From positions 558,001 to 622,000 of the forward strand of contig OZ237767.1 of assembly GCA_965178125.1 (NCBI GenBank): 64,000 nucleotides of DNA, in the 5' to 3' direction. The first letter of the stretch is position 1. Each line of letters opens with the position of its first letter. This DNA is from Bilabrum cf. latius. Lineage: Eukaryota. Below the pieces are notes generated by a model. That model was given only the letters and a program-made list of their open reading frames with translations, did no database searches and was not told the DNA's origin. Both the position numbers and the translations under genes were made by a program. Positions 10,430 to 24,105 of this stretch are shown one piece after another.

Positions 10430-13400
10430 ATGGCTGCGTTCCAGTTTATTGTTACAGTACCATTCTTTGCTCTTGTTCCGGTCGAATACACGAAGGATGA
10501 GGAAGAATCTGTGGTGGAAAAGGACGCCCTTGACCCTGCTGTGACAGGCTCGGCAACTCGCGAGATAGCGAGCTCCAGCACCTCTGCCCCGGAGGAGTCG
10601 AAGGAGCCCAGCGGCAGCAACGAAGGAATTGAAGATGAACCCGAGGTTGAGTACCTCGAAATGGTGCCTATGCTTCGGGATGCGATCGCACGGAGTGATC
10701 TTCTGCGGACACTTCCCGTGACCATCTTTGAGGATGAAGCGGCCGAAAAGGCTGTGGCATTGTTCCATGTGCTTGATGCACAGGACGCTGAATAGGCACT
10801 TAATGAATTGAGCATGTTCCTGGGAATAGGCAGCGATGAGCTGCCGCAATGCGGCACAGTGGCCTTGCTAACATTGTCGACTTTGAGACCCTCGAAAGAG
10901 AGCATGCTCGATGTGGTGGAGCGCGTTGAGCTGCTTTAGCCCTCTCTTGATGCTGTGTAGTCCAGCGCAACGACCGCTGCTGATTCCCCTGGTCGTTGGG
11001 AAGCTGCCATTGGCAACGTTGGTGTGGTCGCATCGCAATCTCCAAGCGACGACCCAGAAGCCGCAGAGAAACTGCGGCTCGCGGTGGAGCTGGGCCAAGC
11101 ACCGGCACCAACCGACGGCACGGGAACCCCTGCGCAGCTCGCCGCCGACATGGCTCCTTCTGTCCGCGAGGGCCCGCGAGGCGGAGGTGGCGGGCAGCCT
11201 GCTCCCACGGAGGGTCAAGGGGGGCCGCTGCCGGGTGCCACTGGCGGTGATGGCCAGGGAACAGAGGGGACGGAGGGGGGTAACACAGTCCCGATGGCGA
11301 GGGCCTTGCCTCCTTCCATTGAGGGGAGCATGGCTGACGGGACGGTGCTGACGCTGATGGACGCAGCCTCGACAGCGGGCCCGGCCGTTGGCAGGGGGGC
11401 AGGCGACACGGGGGCGACAGAGGGGGCGACAGAGGGGGAGAGGGAGAGGGAGAGGGGGGGGGGAGGGGGAGGGGCTGCTGGCTGCTGCCAGCCCCGGTAC
11501 TGATGCGATTCGGCGATCGCACTCTCTAGCGGCGCCGCGCAATGACGGAACCGATCCCCTGGGCCTGCCTCCTCGCCGCAGCGTCTCCAGCGCGCTACAA
11601 TCCGCTCTGGACGACGGACGGGCCAGCGGAACCGAGCCGCCACGCGCGGCGCCGGGGAGCGCCCCCTCGGTCCCGCCACCAATCCCACCCCTGGCAGACG
11701 CCACGACAGGAGCAGGCGCACTGCATGCAGGTGCAGCGCCACCCACCTAGGCCTCTGGGCGCGAAGCCCAGCTGGCCGATGCCGCGTCCAGAGTGACCGT
11801 GGAGGACGACGCGGGGGGCTTGCAGACCGGGTCCAGGGAACAGCTGCAGTCGAGGGAGAGCCGCGAGGAGGCCCGGGCCCGGGCCGCGGCCTCCCGTGGC
11901 CTCTCGCAGGCCTCCTCGTTCACGGGGTCGGCGGTGGCTGCGCACGGGGAGGGTGCGCAGGGCGGGGCGATGATTCCGGGGGGCAGCAGCAGCCTCGATG
12001 GGATGGGAGCAGGACTCAAAGCCCCCCGGCGAGTGACGGTTGCAACCACCAGGGACCTCGCCGAGAAGCTGGACCGGGCAGGCATGACCTCTGCAGCCGT
12101 GGAGGCAGCGCTGGAGTCGGCTCAGCAGCAGGGGACGGGCGGGGATGGGGATGTGGATGTGGATGGGGGGGAGGAGGGAGGGGCAGAGGCAGGAGGGGGA
12201 CCCCAGGACGGCGATGCAGTGAGTGCAGGGGTGGGCGCTGACTCGAAGCCGGGAGAGGAATCCAGTGCCGTTGCAAGCGCGGCTCATGTTTCGCTCGAGG
12301 ACGCGGAAGGCAGGCCCGCGGACGAGGGCATGGGCAAGGGACAGGGGTAGGGTGAGGGGCGCGCTGACAGCGGGGCAGTGGCGGGAGGCGTAAAGGCTGT
12401 CTCGTTCGGTGGAAGCAAGCTGCACTAGGTCAGGAGTACGGTGGTTGACCCCACGGTGGGGGAGGGCACCGGGGGGGAGGGCAAGCCCGGCCCGAACGCG
12501 GGCCCCGGCTCCCGTGCGATGGCATCCAAGAGCGCGGGTCAGCAGTAGCAGAGGAAAGCCGGCAACAACTTTGGGTTCAGCTCGAGGATCCTCGTGCACC
12601 AGCTGGTGGATCAGATCAGCGCGGGTGCGGCGCTGTCTTTCGACTACGTGTGCTTGGTGGTCATCGCCAGCATCCTCGCTGCCGTGGGGCTGGCCACGGA
12701 CAACGTGGTTGTGATCGTAGCCTCGATGTTGGTCTCGCCGATCATGGGTCCCATCCTCGCCGTGTGCTTTGGGACATTCGTGTTCGATTTCGGGCTCGTG
12801 TGCCAGGGCCTCGTCACGGAGGGCATGGGCCTGCTGCTCTGCGTGCTGACGGGATTCCTCTCTGGGCTCGTGTTCGGGCCCTTCGCGCAGGACCAGGACG
12901 GGCTGTTCGCGTGGCCCACGAGCGAGATGTCCAGCAGGGGGGAGCAGGCCGGTCTCTGGCTGGGCGTGGCCATCGCAGTACCCAGCGGGCTAGGGGTGGC
13001 GCTCAGTGTCATGGGGTCGAATACCTCCTCGCTGGTGGGCGTGGCGATCAGTGCCTCGCTGCTGCCGCCTCTAGTAAACGCGGGCATGATGTGGGCGCAT
13101 GCGCTGGGCGGGAAGTACTGGATCGACCTGGACGACGGGGGCAGGGGCTTCGATGTGTGGGACTACGTGCAGATGGGCGGCTTTTCCTTCGCTCTGACGA
13201 TGGTCAATATCGCCTGCATTCTCGTGACAGGCATCTTCATGTTCTGGTTTAAGGAGGCTGCGCCCTATCAGGGCAAGAGCCCCCTGTTCCGCAGTGGGGC
13301 AGAGGTGCGGCGCCGCGCGCTGGGCCGCTCCGAGCCCCAGGGGCCCACCCCCCAGATCGCCGCCCCCCAGGAGGGGGTCAGGGGCTCGGACAGGGGCAAG

Positions 13401-15011
13401 GGTGCCGGTGGGGCGTCCTCGGTCGCGGCGCCGCGGCTCGGCGGAACCATAGACTCGCAGGACAGCGGCGTGGTGGAGCCTGGTTCACCCCGCTCCGGGA
13501 TGGGGGACCAACACTATACCAACAACTCCCTCGAGGCAGTTACTCCCGGGGCGCTCACGGCCACCATTCGTCACACCCGAGACGGTTCTTCCAGCCACAC
13601 CATGCCCTACGGGGGCGGCGCGGGGGCGGGGGCAGGGGCGGCCCTGCACTCCAGGACCAACTCGGTGCCCTCCACGGCAGGCAAGAGTCACCGGCGGGGG
13701 GGCACGGGGGTCTACGGCTCTGCCTTCTCTGCGTTCGAGGGCTGGGGGGACTCGGGGGTCGGCGAAGAAGCCGAGCCCATCACTACCCAGCTGTAGGCGG
13801 GGCCCTACGGGTCCTACTCGCTCACCTACGACCCCCGTATGGCCTCCGGGGGTGCCGGTGGATCCAGCGGGTCGCTTGCCGAAGCCGCGCGGGCGATGGC
13901 AGCCGATGAGGGCGGCGACGCGGGGCGCGGGCACGAGTGGGAGGAGGAGAAGGGTTCCGGTCTGGGCGGCAGCAGGGGCACCTTCCTGGTGCAGCGCACG
14001 CTCGGGATGAACGACCTGGCCAGCAGGCCAATGTTTGGGAGCGGCCGCGCGACCCAACGCTCCGAGCTCGAAGACGAGCTGCACGGCACGCTGGAGAGGC
14101 CGGAGGCTCTGGCCTCCCTCTTGTTCCAGGCGGATGGGGGCAGGGACGGGACCCCGAGGGCGGGGGACAGCCCCGGCGGTGGCGGAACCGGGGGCGCCGC
14201 GCACGGCAGCCGGACGATCGGCGGGGCAGGGATCGCGGGGGGGCGCAGGCGCGGGCACGGCCGGCAGCGCTCGTTGGCGGACAGCCTGTCCAAGACGGAC
14301 GCCACTGGGAACCTCAATCGTCTCCTCGCCAGGGCCAGGGCCAGGGCACGCGCGGGGGCGGGGAGTGGAGGTGGAGGTGCTACCCATGCGGGTCCTTCCA
14401 TGAGGCGAGGTAAGTCGCAGCCGAGCACACCCGCCTCCATAGCGGAGGACAGCTAGCCCCAGGGGGTCCCCAGCCCCCAGGTGGGGGGCGCTGTCTCCCT
14501 GCAGCCCCCTCCGGTGGGCAGGGGAGTCACGATCGCTGACCCGTCGTTCAGGGGCATCGGCGGACAGGGCCCCGGCTTGCTGCGGCAGACGAGTTTCCTC
14601 AGCCCGGGAGGCCGGGGGGCGGGGCGGCCTGCCCTTGGTCGCGGCATGCAGTCGGTGCGTGGGAGGGGCCGCCGGCGCAGGTCCAGCCTGGAGATGGGCA
14701 GCACTCAGGGCCCAGACACGCCCGCAATGCGCGGCGCCGCTGCGGAACTCGCGGCGCAGCGGACCCTCGGCCGATCCGGCCGCCGCAGCGACATGCTCCG
14801 GCAGATGGCGCAGTCGCACAGGGCGGCGCAGTCGCACAGGGGGGCGCAGTCGCACAGGGGGGCGCGGGTGCAGGTCCACGACTCGGAGGCTGCCGGGGCA
14901 CCGCAGGGCTCGCCCTCAAGGGCCAGCAGCAGGTCGGTGCGGCCGCACGTGAACGACGTGTTCGGGCTGGGGCTGTCGCGCATCAGCGAGGACGACGGGT
15001 CGCAGGGGTGA
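10430..15011 (+). CDS. DUF389-family multi-pass membrane protein with long low-complexity arms (TAG read through; one frame break near G-run 11454-11463)
   Basis: 12594-13260 has LATDNVVVIVASMLVSPIMGPILA and LVGVAISASLLPPLVNAG, typical of DUF389. ORFs 11388, 11793, 12594, 13839 and 14481 share one frame joined by TAG and end in TGA at 15011. The 10430-11460 part lies in another frame. Confidence 0.75.
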
Positions 15012-15310
15012 TTGCCAGTGGTGGCTTACTTTTTGTGTTGGTTGATTGGTTGCCTGTGCCAAGTGCTGGGGCTGTGTTGCTTCAGTGGTGGGGCCGGGCT
15101 AAAGGAGTGCGGGCTTGCTGAGCTCCTTATTATACCCCTCGATGACCGCTCACTGTTCGTTGCAATTGCAGTCTATGTTCAGACTCGGACAGTTTGCGAC
15201 CGCGGCGTGCCAGTGTGGTTGTGTGTGTCCGCAAGACTCATCACACATCGCGATCAACGGACCAAAAGGCAACATCCACTGCTGGGGGTGCACGATAGAT
15301 CCAAATAAGC

Positions 15311-18300
15311 ATGCGATTGCATGTTCACGTAGTCAACGGTCCATCCTTCATGCTTGCCGTTGGTGATGGGAACCAAACTGTTCGGTGGCTCGCCACTGCC
15401 GCCTCCAAGCGAGCGCAAAAATTGGCAATGGTACTCGACGGCAAGCGTGCTCGAAGCCGCGAAGTATTGTCTCGGGGTGCCAGGCATGCTGGACCAAGGT
15501 CTGTTAACATGATTGACACGCCTGCTGGGGCAAGGCTGTATGGTCCCGGTGGAATGAGTGGCTCGAGCGGAGCCCTGGCACCGACCGACTTGATCAGCAC
15601 GGTACTCCACGACGGCGAAAGCGTATTTCTTAGCTTTGGAGACAAACAGTCGCAAGATGAATCAAGTTCTGCGGGGATCACCTCAAAGCAGGGCCATTCG
15701 TTCCACGAGTCGAAGGCGGCGCGATCGCACGGAAGGTTCTCGCAGGCCGCGCTCCGGAAGCACACCAAGGCAGCCTCACCAACCATGCCCAGTAGACCAG
15801 CACGAGATTTCAGCAGTGATCCACTCAGCCGACTAACAAGCTCAAGTTCCTCCCCCTTGCGGGCGGCAGCAGGCTCGCTCCTCGACGGCGGCGCCGGACT
15901 GGCCGCTGCTCAAGCCCACGCACCGGGGGGCGGCAGCGGCAGCGGCAGATCACGGCTGTTCGTGGGAAGCTCGCGAGAGGTCCGGCGAGCACCGGGTCCT
16001 ATTGGTGGGCGAGGAACCGCCATCCAGTCAAATTTGACCACTGCCAGCAATTTGCGCCCGGCTATGTCTGAGCACCGGCAGCAGGCGGATGCCCCCTCTA
16101 GCAGCTTGAAGACGCATGCCAGGGCCAGGGGACTGGGAGCAGAGGCGGGGCGCGGGGACGGAAATGTTCCTGCATACGCGTTTGCCTCTATCGGTGCTAC
16201 TCCAGGGGCAGGGGCTGGTGGTCCAGACGAGGGTGGGGTTGGGCTGCTGGAGGCGGTCGCCGGTGTCGGCTTCGGGGAGATGCTGGGGCTGGGTGCATCG
16301 GATGCTGGTGCACCCACTACAGGTGCAGGCACAAGCACAGGCACAGGCACAGGCGTGGGTGCTAGCGAGTGGGCTAGAAATAGCGACCGCGGGAGCACGG
16401 GGACGATGGCCAACCGAGGGGTCGGGGAGGAGGAGGAGAATGAAGTGGACATGGCCATCCGAGCGGCCGGGGCGCAGCGCAGCGGGCTGGGACACGCACG
16501 AGCGGTTGCAACCAGCGACTTGTTGTCCGTAGTGCGGCTCGGAGCGGCGGAGGATGACGGCCTGCTGCTGGGTGCGGGTCGCGTGCTGGGGGCTGGAGTC
16601 AGCGGGGGGGCAGGTGCGCCTGGGGGGCTAGGGGGCAGGCGCGAGGGCAGGGGGGGCGGAGGCCGTCGGACAGGGCGCACCGCGCTTGGTGGGCACTCCA
16701 CGGGTGGGTCGGTGCCTCCTGTGGGGGGTCATACCCCTGGCGGTGCGGGGTCAGGGTCCGGCCCTGCGCTGGGCCCCCGCGCTCTCGGGGACGTGCCTCC
16801 CTCCGTTTCCGAGCTGAGCGGGGTGGTTGGTGTGACGAGTGATGGAGAGGCTGAGGGGCCCGGAATGCACGACCCCCGCATCCGGCGGGGGCGCTCAGGG
16901 GGCGAGAGGAGAAGTACGCGAGGGTTAGGGGGAGGGGCAGGGGCAGGGCAGCAGTATTCGCCCCGGCTGGCGGGCGGGCGGCAGCTCCCGGCCCGTTGGG
17001 ACCGAGCGGGCCGGTAGGCGGCGGTGGGCGGCCTGAGTCTGACAGCAGTGGTGGCAGCCATGGCAGCGGGGGACGCGAGAGCCTCTCAGCAGCTGCTGGG
17101 GGCCCGCAAGCACGCGGGGAGCACAGGGGGGGACGAAGGGGGCAGTCGGCTGCTGCGGCGGTCGGGAGGGGTACCAAACGGAGGCGGGGGTCGATCGATC
17201 GGTGCCGGTGCGGAGCAGGGGACCGGTGCCGGCGGGGCCACTAGGTCTAGCACCAGCGGGGTGGCAATGGAGATGGACGGGGCCGGTCCAGGATCTGCTC
17301 ACCTGAACGAGGCAGCGCTCGCCTCTTTGTCGGCCACTCTGGTCAAGTCGCCCCGACACCCGTTCGCGGTGAGTGCAGGCGCAGCGGCCGATGCACTTCT
17401 GCAGGCCAAGAGGGACGCAGCCGTGTTAGAGACGAATTCGCAGTGGGGCATGGGAATGGGCGCAAGCAGCGGGCCGGCATCTCTACTCCTTGACGCGTCC
17501 AGCCGATCCGCGGCGCCTGCCGGGCAGCAGCCCTCCTCTCCCCCCAGCCGGCTCTTGTCCTCGGCCTCCTCCGCATCTCTTGCGCGAGGATGGGAGCAGG
17601 GCAGGGGTGCTAACACGGGACTGGGCCCGCACGGTAATCGTGGGAGCCATGACGGGTTCGGGGCTCTTCTGGCGGGCAGCACCCCAGCGGGGATGGCAAC
17701 TCTGTTCCAGCGGTTTGCGTCGGCTGCGGCCCGCGGGCAGGAGGAGACGAGGGAGGTCCGAAGGGCGGTGACGGGGGTACACGCGCAGATCGGGGCTGCC
17801 TTCGCTGCCGACTTCGAGTGCATGGTTGGGTTCAAGGCAATGGCGCTCCCGGAGGCGTGCTTTAGGGAGTGCAGGGACGTGCTGGACATCGCAGACGAGA
17901 GATAGTCACGCGAGCGGAGTGTGCGGGAGCAGGCGCCCGGATGGTTGCAACCTCAAGGTGCAGCTGGGACCGGGGACGAGCAGGGTCACGAGCAGTAGCA
18001 GTAGCAGGGTGGGAGTCAGAGCTCCTCAGGGGAGGACGGGCAGGGCTCCGAGCAGCAACCGCAGCATCAGCCGGCGCAACCTGGCTCAGGCCGCCGGGCC
18101 AGCCGGCAGAGGGGCCGCCCTGGGGAACACAGCGGCCGGCACGGTGGCGCTGCTACTCTGCAGGAGGCCAAGGAGGAGCTAGCAGCCAGCAACGAGCGGC
18201 TGTGCGTGCTGCGAGACATGCACTAGGCCCGCGAGTCGAGCGGGGCTGTGCTAGCCGCCAGGCAACTCCTGTTCCGGCACTACCCAGCTCTGGTGGACCT

Positions 18301-21300
18301 GTTCCACCTGTTTGCCACCTGTCTCACCGTGCGGGAGGCACTGGAAGACGACGAGGTCGCTGCTGTCTACGGGGTGTCCGAGTTGGCCGTGGCGGGGGCG
18401 AGGGAGCGGTACCAGATGCAGGCCGGCATGCGGGGGCTGGACGATGACCTCAAGGAGGCCAGGGCCAGGGCGGGGGCGAGGGAGGAGGCGAGGGAGGGGG
18501 GGGTGCTTCCGGGGACGGGCATCCATGACCCCGCGGAGGGGTCATCACCGCAGTCGCAGCGGGGCTCGACAGCGCGACGCACGCACGGGCGGGGCCGCCG
18601 CCGCCCCCACGAGATCCTGGCCGAGGCATGCGAGAAGGACCCGCTGCTGCCACGGGCCCGGGTGGTGCTGGCCAGCGCGCTGCCGCCCAAGCCGGGCAAG
18701 GATCCGGGCGGAGTGGCCGCCACCGCGTGTTTCACGCACAGGCAGGTGGCTCTCATGGTGGAGCGGGCCAGGGAACAGCGAGGGGCCGGCGGGTCTAGGG
18801 CAGGCTCTCCCCTCGGCAAGGGGCCCAAGGGGATCTTCATACCGCCGAGGGACGACGGTGAGGCGGCCGAGGCGGCGCTGGCGGCCATCGAGCACGGGAC
18901 GGCGGGAATCGATGGAGTGGGGGGCGTGAAGATGACGATCGGGGGCAGCGGGGTGGGAGGGGGTTCGGAGGAGCAGCAGCGCGCCGCCCTGGCCGCTGAC
19001 CTGCGGTCCATGCACGGCCTCCCCCGCGTGCTCACCCTCGAGCAGGCCGCAAGAGCCGCGCGCGACCCCTTGCCGCCGCACATGGCCTTCGGGGCCGCCG
19101 CCGCGGCGGGCCTCAGCGGTGGGCAGCTGAAGGACGCGTTGTCCCGGGAGAGCTTGAGGCTGCTGGTGGCCGAGCTGGGGCTCCGGGACAGGGAACAAGG
19201 GCCCTCGCTGGAGGACGCCGTGGACTTCGTGCTGGTGCAGAGGGCGAGGCACGCCAGGGCAGTGCAGTCGGCTGCTGACGGGATGGGCAGCGCACTGCGG
19301 CGCGCGGCCCAGGCGCAGGAGGCTGCCGATGGCGCGCGGGGGGGATCGGGGTCCTCGCCTTCCTCTTCCTCTTCCTCCGAGTCGGCATCTGCCTCCGGGG
19401 TGAGGGGGCTGTTGCGGGCTGCAAGCAGGGCGGCCAAAAGGAGGGCAGCTGCTGCTGCTGCTGCTGCTGCCTCGTATGGTGCAGGGTCAGCAGGCAGGAT
19501 AAAGGGCCAGGCGGGGGCAGGTCGGCGTGGGAGTGCGGGGGGCCGGCGGCGGTCAATTAGTTCCCTGGGCTCGAGAGCTGGCAACCTGTCGGCCTAGGGG
19601 GCAGCTAGAGCGGGTAAGGGCAGCACCATGGGCGGGGCCGGCCTCGCGGGCGAGCTGGACGGAGAGGAGGATGAGGATGAGGTAGAGGACGAGTCCATGT
19701 TCGTGGGAGGCACGGTGACGCTGGGCGGAGTCGGTCAGGGGGAGGCTGCCAGAGACAAAGGGCTCGCGCAGCTGCGCAAGGTGGCTCAGACCGTCGACGT
19801 GCTGGACCGGGCGGCAGTTCTGGACGTGCTGTGCGTGTACTGCGCGGTGGCCGACGGGACAGCCGTGGTGCAGCAGGCGGAGGCCGCGGGGGACGTGGTG
19901 CGGTACAGCGTGGGGCTGCGGGCGGGGGGCACCCCGGCGGTTCTGCACGCTGCCGTTGTGCAGCACGGGCTAGCTCGTGTGCCGCACGAGGTGACCGATG
20001 CGTACGGAGCGGGGCCCAGCGACGCGGTGGACTGTCTCGCGCACAGGCACCAGTGGTTTGGGGCCGTGCGGCGGTGCGAGCTGCTGCCCGAGGTGTCATC
20101 TTCCCGCTGGCCCGAGTGGTCGGATCGTGCGGTGCTGGCCGAGACCAGGCAGTCACACGCAGGTGCGGCAGCAAGGGCGATCGCCAGGCGGGCTCGTGCC
20201 GAGAGGGCGCGCTGGCGGCGGGAAGACGAGGATCGGTCGGGGAACAACGGGTCGGGGAACAAGGGAGGCACAGAAGGGCCAAGGCCCGTGCCGGAGCTAG
20301 CGCGGCAGCCCACTGCTGATGCACGGGAGGCCAGCGAGCTGCGGCTTGGTGTGATGAGTGCGAGCGTCACCAAAGGTAAGACTGCGACCATGGGAGCCGG
20401 TGGGGCTTCCTCATCCGGGCCTTCGTCTCCCCTGGCTCCGGGTGCTGAGAACCGAGGATCCGGCACCGGCACCGGCACCAGCACCAGCACCAGCACCGGC
20501 ACTGGCACCAGCGCGGGCTGGGAACCCTCTGCTCTGTCCCTTCTGCGGGCCACGCTGCACCACGGTGCCCGCCCCCGCGCAGAAGCCCTGTTCGCAAGCC
20601 CGTCCCCAGCCCGCGCTGCGCTCTTCCAGGACCCCAGGGCCTTTCGCAGAGACTTGACCCCGCACGTGCCCGCGCTGCTGCGGCTGTTCCTGGCCTACTG
20701 CGAGCCGGTTGCAACCGGCACGGGGGAGGAGCACCGCTCTCTCCTGTTCCCCGAGGCGACTGTTCCCTCGGGTCCGGCTATTCGAGCCCTGGAGGGGGCG
20801 CGTTAGGGCGTGCTTGCGGCGGGTGGGACACCGCCCCCCGATGCATGGCGAGGCCGCATGGCCTCCAACGGTATCGGCGGTGGCGGTGACTTCCCGTTGC
20901 ATGTAGGGCCTGAGGTAGGGCGACGGGGCTCCGGGGGCAGTCATCTATCCGGGACGGGCCCTTCTTCTTCTTCCTCCTCCTCCTCCTCTCGGGGGGGTGT
21001 CTCCGGAGGCAGTGGAGCGGGAGCAGGAGGGGGCGGGTCGACCCACGCGGGGTCCGGGCCGGACCACCTGGTGGCAGGGCGGCTGTGGATGGGGCACGAA
21101 GCCATGGCCCGCGCCCTGGGCCTCCCGGCCGAGACATCCACCCGGAAGCACAATCCCGAGCCAGTGGGGGTCGTGGCTCTGCCAGTAGTGCGTTTCCTGG
21201 AGCACGAGGAAGTCAGAGCAGCGGAGCGGGCGCAGGAGGCCGAGGCGGAGGCAAGGAGGAGGAGGAGGAGGCAAACGCAGGATATAAAGGTGGGTGCCGG

Positions 21301-23797
21301 CGGGCCATTGCAGGGAACGGCAGCAGGGGGCCAGGCCAGCCCTTCAATCGGCGGCGAGGACCAGACGGGCCCGGCCGTGGCATCGACGTCCGGCTCCAGC
21401 AGCAGCCGCAGCGCGGGCGCAAGCAGCAGCAGAAGTGCCGGCAGCGGGAAAGGCGGGCCCCGCACTAACACTGGGAGCCGGACCCCAGGGAGCCGAGGGA
21501 GCCGGGGGAGGGCACGCCCCCGGGGAGGACTGGCGCCCAAGGTGCCCAGGAGGGACCTTCTCCTGCTCGTGAGGCTGTGCAGGGAGCGCCCGGGCGTGCC
21601 TGCGCTCGGGGGACAGCTGCCCCCCGGGTATCCTCCCGCTCCCGGTCCCCGGGGCACCGGCAGACTCCTGTGCTCCGGGGTCTCGGTGGAGGGGCTGGCA
21701 CTGTGCGCTGCCTCTTTGGGACTGGCTGCACACGTGCGCGGCTCCCTCCCTCTGCTGGACCTGCCGGCGCACCTGGAGGATATTGCCAGGGGGCACGGCT
21801 CGCCCGAGGACGGGGGTCGAGGTGGGGATAGGGAAGGTTCGCCGAGCCTCAGCGAACCGTCGCCTCGACAAGGCAGGGGTGCAGGCGGGAAGGCAGGCAC
21901 CACGCGCGCCCCTTCCCATTCCGCCTCCCCGTCTGACGTGGTGGTGCTCCCCGATCCTTACGACGACCCGGTACCCGCGCGCCCCGTTGGCCGGTGGGAA
22001 GTAGCGTGCGCTTTCTTTCTATCTCAGTTCCACGACGAGAGCACCGCCGGGCAGACCGCCGTGCGCCGGGTGCTGGCACAGGCCCAGGCAGACGCCACCG
22101 TGGCGGCCCTGAGAGGCTCCAAGCCGCCCCACGGGGCCATCGGGTATCCCACCACGGTGCAGGCGCACTCGCTCCTGAGGTTCCGCAGCAGGGGCGCCGC
22201 GCTATCCGACGTGATCAACGTGCCAACCACCTCCAAGCAACCGGGGCAGGCACCAGCCGGCACGTCTGGGCCAGGGATCGGGCCACAGGGCCCAGGAGGA
22301 GGGGGGGAAGCAGCAGGGGCTGTGGGTGGGGGTCAGGGGGCGGCTGGGCTAGCGGCGGAGGCTCGGCGCCGCGCAGCCGAGGAGGAAGCAGCCGTCCTGG
22401 TTCCGCTGGACAGGCGCGGCGGCGCCCCCGGCTTATTTCGCGGGGGGTTTCCTCTGTTTTCTGTTGTTCCCTGGGGCTCTGGGGCGGCCATAGGGACCCT
22501 CTCCGGGGAACAAAGGCGCTTGTTGGCGGCTCTGCACGCGATCGCCAACTGGGGAGGAGCTAGGGGAACAAGGGGTAGAGGCGCGGGGGCATGGGGCGGC
22601 ACGGGAGCGGCAGCAGAGGCCGCGGCGGCTCGGATGGCGCTGCTGCAGCAGCCGCCGTCTCCCCGGTCGCCCTCGAGACAGGTCCCGGATGGCGGGGGTG
22701 TGACGAGTGATGAAGCCTCTACCACCGCTGGCGCCATCGAAGCAGCCCGGGGGCTGCCGGGAGCGTCGTCCTCACCGTCACCCCCTGCCTCATCCTCATC
22801 GGTGTCGCGGCGGCGAGGCGGCCGGGACTCATCGCTGGCCTGGGACCGGGACTACCGCTCCGGATCCGTGTCATCGATCCTGCTGATGGCTGCGCGAGCT
22901 GCGGGAGAGGCCGCCGAGGTCCTCGCGAAGCAGGCAGAGCGGGAGGCAATGGAGGGGGCGGGGGGCAGGTCAGGAGCGGTGCGCTGGGAACTGAGTGGAC
23001 CGAGCGAGCCTGCGCCTCGGTCGAACAGTGCCAGCGCCCGACGCGCGGGTCTGAAGCCACTCGTCACATCCACATCGCCTGCAGGCGAGGCAACTGGTTC
23101 CGCTGGCCGCGTGCTAGCAGCCAGGGGCGTGCTGGCCCCACCCCCGCCCCCGCCTCCGCCACTGCATGCTGGTTAGGGCTAGGCCCAAGCAAGCAACAGG
23201 CAAGGGGCGGATCCGGGCACTGCTGGGCTGCTCCACCGTCTCAAGGCCTTTGCAGCTGCCCCTCGGGGGGAGGGCGGGGCCTCCGGCGGGGAACAGGACG
23301 GAGACTCGGGGCTAGAGACATCGGGGGAGGACCAGGGGCAGGGGCAGGGGCAGGGGCAGGGGCAGGGGAAGGGGCAGCGGTCCCTCCGACTCAGGCCGCC
23401 CCTGCCGCTGTCCCAGTCGGAGGAGCGGCGACTGTGTGACGAGTGCAGGGAGCTGCTGCTCTGTCGCGCGCATCGCCGGCTGACGTTCCTCCAGTTCGTC
23501 GAGGCGCTGTGGCGGGTGGGTCGCGCGCGGTGGAGCTGGGCAGGCGGGGTGAGCGACTCGGAGGTGCAGGCGAGGTGGACGGACGCGGCAGTCGTGGGGC
23601 TCTCTGCGCTGGGGAGCAGGCAGGCCCACGGGTTACTGGCAAGGGTGGCGGGGGCGAGGCAACTGGGGGGGTGGTGCGGGCTGGGGCCGGACGCGGGGGG
23701 GGCCGGGGTCGCGGGGCAGGATGCTGCCGTGAGGGGGTTCTATTCTAGATGCGGCGGGCTGGGCATTCTCCCAGTCGTGTATCGTGAGGAGGACTAA
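15311..23797 (+). CDS. Very large (~2830 aa) low-complexity hypothetical protein (TAG read through)
   Basis: ORFs 15311, 17024, 18248, 19628, 20810 and 23516 share one frame, separated only by TAG, ending TAA at 23797. Ordered-looking ends: VGDGNQTVRWLATAA at the N-terminus, LTFLQFVEALWRV near the C-terminus. Confidence 0.7.
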
Positions 23798-24105
23798 GCT
23801 GAGCACTCCAAACGCTACAACTGATGTGAGATTCAAAGATCACCAGCCCAGGCCACAGCAATGACTAGATACTTTCCTGTGCAAAGTGAAGGAAATTACG
23901 ACAATATTGAGCACACCGTGTATCCGCAACGCGCCGAACTAAGTCACAACGAGTAGTGCATGTTGCAACAAGACACGGCCGGATCAGAGGGAGATTGTGC
24001 CTGGATCGGTCGGTCGCACGCTGCCCGCGGCAGCTGCGGTGGGTGGAGAGAGAAGAAAAAAGAAAATCAGAGGGAGAAGGAAAAAAGCTCACTCAGGGAA
24101 TCCGG

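Noticed and set aside
11430-11470. Programmed frameshift in the DUF389 gene
   Set aside because: The break coincides with a long G homopolymer; a sequencing indel or small intron is more likely.
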